The notes below the pieces were generated by a model. That model did not search any database and was not told where the DNA came from. It worked only from the letters and a program-made list of their open reading frames with translations. DNA of 64,000 nucleotides from a bacterium (GTDB taxonomy: Bacteria > Margulisbacteria > Marinamargulisbacteria > GCA-2716485 > JAYNIM01): positions 580,981 to 644,980 of the forward strand of contig JAYNIM010000001.1 in the NCBI GenBank assembly GCA_038109055.1, given 5' to 3'. This document shows positions 58,601 through 64,000 of the stretch, one piece after another (the first letter of the stretch is position 1; each line of letters begins with the position of its first letter). The position numbers and the translations under genes were made by a program.

Positions 58601-61600
58601 TATGCAGTTAAAAGTTGAATCACATGCTCATTTAAAGTTTACGCCTGATGATGCTGATTTTACTCATAAAGAGGGTGATAAAATTATGACACCGCAGCAA
58701 AAGCTTGATTATGAGGAGCGAGTAGCGCGTTGCATCAATCGTTATGAATCAGGGGATATGTTGGTTCGTTGTGCAGATACAAATGAAGTTAAGGCTTTTA
58801 TGAGTTCTGATTATCGGATGAACAACCCCTTACTTTCAACGACATTGCTGCCTAAACAAGGATCCCCATTGGAAGTTAAGTTATTTACTGAATACGGTGA
58901 AGATACGGTTGGGTTGGTGTTAGATCCCCATCGTTGCCATGCCGATAATTTTGGACAGGGATATCATTGTAATGCTGGAACTATTGGGACTACTTTTCAT
59001 CGCCAAAAGACAGGAGCTCATCACGCACAGGGGGTTCCTACATTGAATGGGCAAAAAAAACTTTTGGCTGATCTTTCCGCGAGGGTTGAGGAAGGCAAGT
59101 CACCTCATATTACACCTAAGCGTAGTGATGATGGTGAGTCTTGGGAACTTCCTGAATCAGATGTTCGAGATGGCTTTCCAGTAGGTGGCCGGGGTGGATA
59201 TGGGCAAGCTTCTAATGAAGTTCTATGGAATGAACAGGTTCTTTATCGTGGTATTGAACGTGACTGCTGTTTGGGCTTGTTTGTAAAAAGTGATTCTGAT
59301 GATTTTGCACAATCATTGAAGAGTCTTGTAGAATTGCAAGATCGTATTCGTCGTAAAAAGGGAATTTATTTACCTATTTTTCAGTTAAAACCAAATAATC
59401 AAATTGAAGAGTTAACTCCAGATGCATTACTATGTCGACTATTGGGGCTTGAAGGTCAGATAACGCCTCATGAAAAGCCTAGCGCATTAACATTGGCCTT
59501 ACAAAAGGCTGGTATTGATATGGATCGTCTACCAGACTTAACTAGGCCTTCAACTGAAACGGAGCTTTTACGCTTACAATTGATGCTTTTTAACTTAAAA
59601 GATATTAATGGAAATTTAAGTGTAACAAAAGAGGCTCAAGATCACTATGGTAATTCGATATTTGAATTTGAAAAACTTCGTATTATTGATAACTTACACT
59701 TGGTTTTTCCGACACCTTTTCAAAGTGAATCTCCAACAGCACATCGGACAGAGCTTTATTTGAACGATCAAATTACTACCCCAGATAACGCTGCTTTTTT
59801 GCGGCACTGTGTACGCCATAATTTATCTCGTTTTTTAGGCATTACATATGGGGCAGCGGGTGTTTCATTCGATCCTAAAACATTGGCTTTATTTGCGTCT
59901 GAAGGCCCAGAAAATTTTGCAAAATGTGTGTCTAGGGCCATGCAAAGTGCGCTTTGTTCTGGGGCGTTAACGGGTGAAGAAATTCAAGCCATAGTTGACA
60001 GTCTTCGTAGTGCAAACTCTCCGCTTGCTCGTTTAGGCTGGGACCCTCGTCATTTTGGTATGTCGCCTGCTGGCTTAGATATGATTTTAGCAAGTAAACA
60101 GATTTGTGACATTAATGGGTCAGCTATTTTTGGAGATCCAGAACAAGCTGAGCCACAAGATCTTGCAGGTAAGAACCATGATCTTTTTACGCGCCAATTA
60201 AATTATGACACCGAACTTAATTCTATTGCTCAAAGTGATATTCAAGCTGCTTTAGATGACCTTAATATTGGAGGGAAACATATCCTTTCATGTAAGTTAG
60301 ATGATATCAAAAACTTATCTTGTGCAGATCAAATCAAACTTGTCGAAATACTTCAAAAACTACAATTAGCCTGCTGTTTTTCTACTGAGGATGTTCCAGA
60401 AACAACAAAGAGCCTCCAAACGATATTAGACCTATTTCCTTATAATAATCATTCACAACATAGTAAGCTTTTTAAGTGGCTAGCCATAAAGAAGCAATGC
60501 CGCCCGGTATCTTGTGAAGCACCTGTTGTTAAGGCTGCTGAAGTTGGCATGGCTGCACCTATGGGGAGAGGTGCCATGGCTGTAGGACGAGGTGCCATGG
60601 CTGCACCTATGGGGAGAGGTGCCATGGCTGCACCTATGGGGAGAGGTGCCATGGCTGTAGGACGACGTGGCATGGCTGCGCCTATGATGGCAGCAGCTCC
60701 ACTACCTTTATCTTTAGATGAAAGACAGGGTTTAAACGAAAAAAGCTTAGCTATTTTAAGCGCTATTCCTTGTATTCCAGATACTTATCCAGCAGGCAGT
60801 AAACAACGAGAGACTATGGAGGCTCTTGGATTTTGTGATGCACATGGCGTGCCGATTTACGCTAAACCTCCTGAATTTCATGAAGGGAATCAAGGGAAAC
60901 CTAAAAGCGAATATATTGATACCAGAGACTTGTGTGGTCATCAATTTGAGCTTTTATCAGGGCCTGCATATGATCCTATGCGTGTATTGGGTGATCAGTT
61001 ATCTGTTCAAGTTAATAATTCTAGTGACTCTAGGGATAAATTTTTAGCAAATACCCTTGTTGTAACAACAGATGGTGATGCACAAGTCGTTCGGCCAAAT
61101 GGATTGGCGTATTCACGTGCAGTAACGCCCCCACCGGGTGGAAACATTGAATTTAATGGGGGAAATGAAAAACATGATTTTCAACGAACAGGAAAGCGGC
61201 GTTTTTATAACGATGGAGGCTCCACAAGCTATACAGGAATGGGTGGATATACGAAAGATGATCTTCAGGCTGTACAAAAGTATGATAGCACCTTACTACT
61301 CTCTGATCAGGAACGCCGTATGAAAAGAGCTACGATGGTAAATACCGCTTATATTACCGCAACTGCCAAAGGTGGCTATGGAGGGTCAGCTCGTATAGCC
61401 TTTGAACAACCTGTTAGAGCGCTTTTTGTTGATGCAACTGGAATTCAATTTGAAAAGTATGGTCGAGGAAATTTTAGAGATGAAGATGGTCATGTTTATG
61501 AAAATGAACTTGAGGCGGCGGACTTTATTATTAAAGCAGGTGCTATTGAAAATGAGTCCCCTCTTTTCCCTGCCTATTATGATGAAGGTAAAATACCTGC

Positions 61601-62696
61601 TTATGACACGGTTGATCTTCTTGATTTACCTACCTTAGATGAGCTAAGTGACCCACAGCATCTTCATACAGACTATATTCGTTTAAAGGATGGGAGTGTT
61701 TTTAATCGAAAAGCCTATAATGTTGCTTGTCGGCAGTATATGTTTACTGTGATGAAGGCAATGAAATTACAAACAAGTGAAAATCCTGTTTATCTAAAAG
61801 CGACTTTGTTTGGGGGTGGATTTTTTGCAAAGGTTGGAGATCAGGGTTTTGCAGGTGACTTACGTCAAGTTGTGATTGAAACAATGTTACAAGATTATAT
61901 AGAAATGATTAATTCTGGAACAATTGTTCCAGGGTCGGTTATTGAATTTCCACATTATGGAAATATAGACTCCCTTAACCCGGAGCTTATCAAAAGTCTT
62001 AAATCTTCAGCAAATACACATGGGGTCAAACTTGTTTGGACAGAACAGGGTGATGTATTGGATCTTGATCTCAAAACAACAGTAGATGGGGAACAGGTTG
62101 ATCCTAAAGACTTTGAAAAAGAGGGCTGTTTTGTTTTATTAAACGCAGGTGATGCAATGTCTTGGAAAGGCAATGAACCTTCTTCTGCAAGTGTGGAGGC
62201 TATGATTGGAAATAATTCTAATTTACGTATTGTGATGAATGTATGGGCAAATAAACTGATGTTAGAACCAGAACAGCGAGAACAATATGCAGCTTCTGAA
62301 TTTTTGAAGCTTTGTCAACTTGAAGATCCGTCTTATACAGCGCTTGAATTGGTTTCATTTGCAAATAGCTATAATATTGATTTATCGATTATAATAGAGA
62401 TGGCTGCCAAAGATCCGGAATTAAACGCTGCCTTTACTGATAAATGTCAAATAGAAGGTTTATCAGCTGAATCTAGTTTTAAGGTCGTACATTTTTTGAA
62501 ATCATGTACGTCATCTATGTCTGAAAAGGCACTGCAAAAGAAAGCCTGGCATGAACAAATACGTCCTATAGAGATTTTTACTCTTACTTCACATGATGGC
62601 GATTTCAAAAATGATTTTGAATCAAAATTTGGAACAGATTCAGCGATAAGTGTTCAAAGTATTATAGATTGTTTTAAGCGCTTGAGTACAGAATAA
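55650..62696 (+). CDS. 2348-aa multidomain orphan protein; putative macrodomain-like + ADP-ribosyltransferase-like + MavL/DUF4804-like macrodomain effector
   Basis: Uninterrupted 7-kb ORF with GGGGA RBS. Motifs: ASQFN..E/Y..D..GP/LPLGGGFFNN; LVR..LSTTLL..GLVLD..WNEQ; GIQFE/ATLFGGGFF/NAGD..SW.GNE. ORF is certain, domain calls are inference. Confidence 0.7.
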   Translation: MSAGSTGGARRARRAGPSRRPEEGGATRGTAGIVTTNGTSRAFINAVPNLVDRVDTMEKSEILELFTSILEQSGCPLTSSPDFSDIDSTILKHYLKLGSSGLKKKYKQELSTLDSFLVTKFGKRVYELSDSRKEVMGIPSTSQQHSSSRRAGTASRRGGGSAMMDARRTPQFTGGYAPDSRSDLRYDRGASRRDGSAMRAAAAKGRNVDYRELNRIQTGEDLMLTLVGPILQLQQANGGSIVELSNSFMLVKTDEENVFQIQPSPADGNFLTIHVNIAQQTLEYGANRNGDRILNALTSDSSASGGGIMGGGAAASSSRQASVAQVQPSGDGSGAMRPAAAPSEGDDTTFLGLTRLSGEGYVINVQEGSQSVEIHTSETNGNPTLYTCLSRPSLTAAVLPEHYQPITFHDSDIISELQNSENSGAIFATASQFNSKEELSPQTASSSLEDYARDHSVGPISQLTCDQGVAQAIIDNGDGDVNPGGINSLKDLLPVLNEGKDSSKCFSLQNGYLHVPEGLTDSERVAVLDTLKTHIHLLRLPLSSDLVVSGHSHRVGMGYASAVPINYINDYGARLCNNGLQTAEGEQRQAYFNFVEAISQELIQEQYLQTLHQAYKQSQSSDDLSRVKAFLLPLGGGFFNNSHTTIMSAMLKAAAIMRANFPDFDTKVDMKCLTYHAYQEILSLQLVMDESLVQLQSGVSPEVESPEIPIAAPQAVPTLSQTPLQPELQACRQPIIDYLSQLGFTLDQHGYILHRPGASPSAQSLAEALEPEPEMDAATVFPPSGDDRLILEQALATLFFQTALNGDAGYAETIRTALAGLGLGSRQVQKGPPSFRLSQKPDSLNGSIFQSLDQAGVSLVPTLVKHPQFGEQLQLQVMCNSPQTLHAIGGTLYHSHKGGTYETGTFINADCTNQLLPFLSICLPDPLGDHYHPQSFVSGQKEKDTHLHALQPTFQSSTKTPTDRNSSCDLFTDAASYGYKLYRHMQLKVESHAHLKFTPDDADFTHKEGDKIMTPQQKLDYEERVARCINRYESGDMLVRCADTNEVKAFMSSDYRMNNPLLSTTLLPKQGSPLEVKLFTEYGEDTVGLVLDPHRCHADNFGQGYHCNAGTIGTTFHRQKTGAHHAQGVPTLNGQKKLLADLSARVEEGKSPHITPKRSDDGESWELPESDVRDGFPVGGRGGYGQASNEVLWNEQVLYRGIERDCCLGLFVKSDSDDFAQSLKSLVELQDRIRRKKGIYLPIFQLKPNNQIEELTPDALLCRLLGLEGQITPHEKPSALTLALQKAGIDMDRLPDLTRPSTETELLRLQLMLFNLKDINGNLSVTKEAQDHYGNSIFEFEKLRIIDNLHLVFPTPFQSESPTAHRTELYLNDQITTPDNAAFLRHCVRHNLSRFLGITYGAAGVSFDPKTLALFASEGPENFAKCVSRAMQSALCSGALTGEEIQAIVDSLRSANSPLARLGWDPRHFGMSPAGLDMILASKQICDINGSAIFGDPEQAEPQDLAGKNHDLFTRQLNYDTELNSIAQSDIQAALDDLNIGGKHILSCKLDDIKNLSCADQIKLVEILQKLQLACCFSTEDVPETTKSLQTILDLFPYNNHSQHSKLFKWLAIKKQCRPVSCEAPVVKAAEVGMAAPMGRGAMAVGRGAMAAPMGRGAMAAPMGRGAMAVGRRGMAAPMMAAAPLPLSLDERQGLNEKSLAILSAIPCIPDTYPAGSKQRETMEALGFCDAHGVPIYAKPPEFHEGNQGKPKSEYIDTRDLCGHQFELLSGPAYDPMRVLGDQLSVQVNNSSDSRDKFLANTLVVTTDGDAQVVRPNGLAYSRAVTPPPGGNIEFNGGNEKHDFQRTGKRRFYNDGGSTSYTGMGGYTKDDLQAVQKYDSTLLLSDQERRMKRATMVNTAYITATAKGGYGGSARIAFEQPVRALFVDATGIQFEKYGRGNFRDEDGHVYENELEAADFIIKAGAIENESPLFPAYYDEGKIPAYDTVDLLDLPTLDELSDPQHLHTDYIRLKDGSVFNRKAYNVACRQYMFTVMKAMKLQTSENPVYLKATLFGGGFFAKVGDQGFAGDLRQVVIETMLQDYIEMINSGTIVPGSVIEFPHYGNIDSLNPELIKSLKSSANTHGVKLVWTEQGDVLDLDLKTTVDGEQVDPKDFEKEGCFVLLNAGDAMSWKGNEPSSASVEAMIGNNSNLRIVMNVWANKLMLEPEQREQYAASEFLKLCQLEDPSYTALELVSFANSYNIDLSIIIEMAAKDPELNAAFTDKCQIEGLSAESSFKVVHFLKSCTSSMSEKALQKKAWHEQIRPIEIFTLTSHDGDFKNDFESKFGTDSAISVQSIIDCFKRLSTE
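60549..60686 (+). repeat. Mixed 27-bp (MAAPMGRGA) and 21-bp (MAVGRGA) in-frame tandem repeats
   Basis: Directly visible ggtgccatggctg periodicity. Confidence 0.92.
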
Positions 62697-63096
62697 TATT
62701 TTATGTTTTTAAGGGTCAAATGTAATGCCTATTTATTGATAGAATTTTTCAAGTGAACTTTGAAGCGTAGGGTTGGTATTAGAAAAACAAAGATAAAAGC
62801 TGCAGTATTTTGACCATTACAATTTTAATTAAGGAGAATACAAATAAATCGAGTTAACAATAATGACTTATTAAAGTTTTACATACTTATTTATAAACGA
62901 CCGTACGTTATTGTAGTGGTCAAGGTAAGCATCGTTTTGATATGGCTGCTTCTCATATCACGTCTCTTTTAGCCCCCCTTTTGCTCACTAAACCCTCTGC
63001 CTTCAACAGCATTTCTTAATCACTATAGGCCTAATAGGCTCTCTTATTTCCTCCCATGTTTAACTGTTAAACATAAGGGGTATTCTTTCTTTTAAG

Positions 63097-63684
63097 ATGG
63101 TCTCAAAAAAACAATCTATGATTTCGGGTCAAACGTGTCGCTTGTTTCTGAAACACCGCCCCTACTTGTTTACACGCTGCCATAATTCCCCCCTCCCTTT
63201 TCTCAAGAGTTTAGGCCACTGTCTTCAACCCATTATGCCTGATTTTCCTATCACAGCTAAGGCTTATTTAAGTTCCTTAAACTCCAGTCCAAACCCTTTG
63301 GCTCAACGCTATTTAGCCGCCTATCAAAGCCAGCATAAACGTGCCTACACCCTCCACGTACGTTCTAAAACTTTTCTCTTAGCAGACCTTGCTCTTTTGG
63401 CCTGCCATTTTAATATTAAACTGGCCTTATTTATTCCCAAATCAGCTTCCAACACAGACAATGCTGACTGCCGTCTTAAATTAATCACCTCTTATACGAT
63501 CGAATCGTATTTACCCACCTTTAACTTTGATAATCAATTATCAGAAAACGAACAATTTTCCCTACTTCGTTTGGGCCCCTGCAAGTTCACACTGTGTTTA
63601 CTCTGTGATCATGCCAGTGATCTTAAAACGATCCATGGCCCATTCTTGGGACTGGATATCCAAAAAGGCCATCTCCCTTTATAG
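63097..63684 (+). CDS. Hypothetical protein
   Basis: 195-aa ORF with ATG; no confident family. Confidence 0.55.
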   Translation: MVSKKQSMISGQTCRLFLKHRPYLFTRCHNSPLPFLKSLGHCLQPIMPDFPITAKAYLSSLNSSPNPLAQRYLAAYQSQHKRAYTLHVRSKTFLLADLALLACHFNIKLALFIPKSASNTDNADCRLKLITSYTIESYLPTFNFDNQLSENEQFSLLRLGPCKFTLCLLCDHASDLKTIHGPFLGLDIQKGHLPL

Positions 63685-63782
63685 GGGTTGGTTTATTTCA
63701 TCTTAGTTACTAGATATTCTATCGTGACTCTCTATGTTTAACTTTTTCTTTTATAGGGTATTCTTCTTTTAGGAGTAAGTTA

Positions 63783-64000
63783 ATGTTAGATGAAAATGAC
63801 ACGATCGATGATGAAGATGACGATTTAGACGATGATTTGGACGATGATTTAGACGATGATTTGGACGATGATTTGGACGATGATTTGGACGATGTAGCTG
63901 ATCCCCAAGTTGCTTCGCAAGATGCACCTTCATCTGCTGCACCTGATGCAGTTGATTCTGTGGCTGATCAAGCACCTGCGTCTGCTGCACCTGATGCAGT
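63783..64000 (+). CDS. Highly acidic repeat protein, 5' part only (runs off window)
   Basis: Not in ORF track. AGGAG at 63771-63775, ATG 63783: MLDENDTIDDEDDDLDDDLDDDL...VADPQVASQDAPSSAAPDAVDSVADQAPASAAPDA. Confidence 0.85.
   Translation, partial: MLDENDTIDDEDDDLDDDLDDDLDDDLDDDLDDDLDDVADPQVASQDAPSSAAPDAVDSVADQAPASAAPDA
63819..63893 (+). repeat. 12-bp tandem repeat GACGATGATTT(A/G) (DDDL) about 6 units
   Basis: Directly visible. Confidence 0.9.

Noticed and set aside
51503..62696. Functional link between arginine catabolism (ast) and putative Arg-ADP-ribosylation domains
   Set aside because: Only divergent adjacency; free-arginine catabolism and protein-Arg modification are unrelated chemistry
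62697..63096. 400-bp gap with an AAGGAG lacking a start codon
   Set aside because: No supportable ORF or RNA structure
63769..63990. 73-aa minus ORF with HRPN repeats
   Set aside because: Antisense of the acidic ORF that has a clear RBS at 63771

Overview
AT-rich bacterial chromosomal segment of a Gram-negative cell (TolC, beta-barrel and GT9 genes). Gene content suggests a light-exposed aquatic organism; a Margulisbacteria-like lineage is only a guess. No rRNA, tRNA, CRISPR, integrase or transposase was seen. Contents: (i) housekeeping genes (acetoacetate-CoA ligase, queC, typA, bcp, ridA, astA-astD-astB); (ii) a Fur/Zur-headed zinc-uptake-like operon with a duplicated 23-bp operator candidate; (iii) a ~35-kb photo-oxidative-stress region with four different photolyase/cryptochrome types, a furan/cyclopropane fatty-acid cluster with a DUF1365-methyltransferase fusion, an RND-TolC single-ORF fusion, GST/pirin/DoxX, SOUL/DUF3050/AttH-ABC and a LysR remnant; (iv) several orphan repeat-containing proteins that look like host-directed effectors. 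The most striking is a 2348-aa protein that, from hand-read motifs, appears to combine two different macrodomain-like modules with a central R-S-E ADP-ribosyltransferase-like module. Two edge ORFs (1..1044 minus, 63783..64000 plus) are absent from the supplied ORF track. All family calls are from motif recognition by eye, not database searches.
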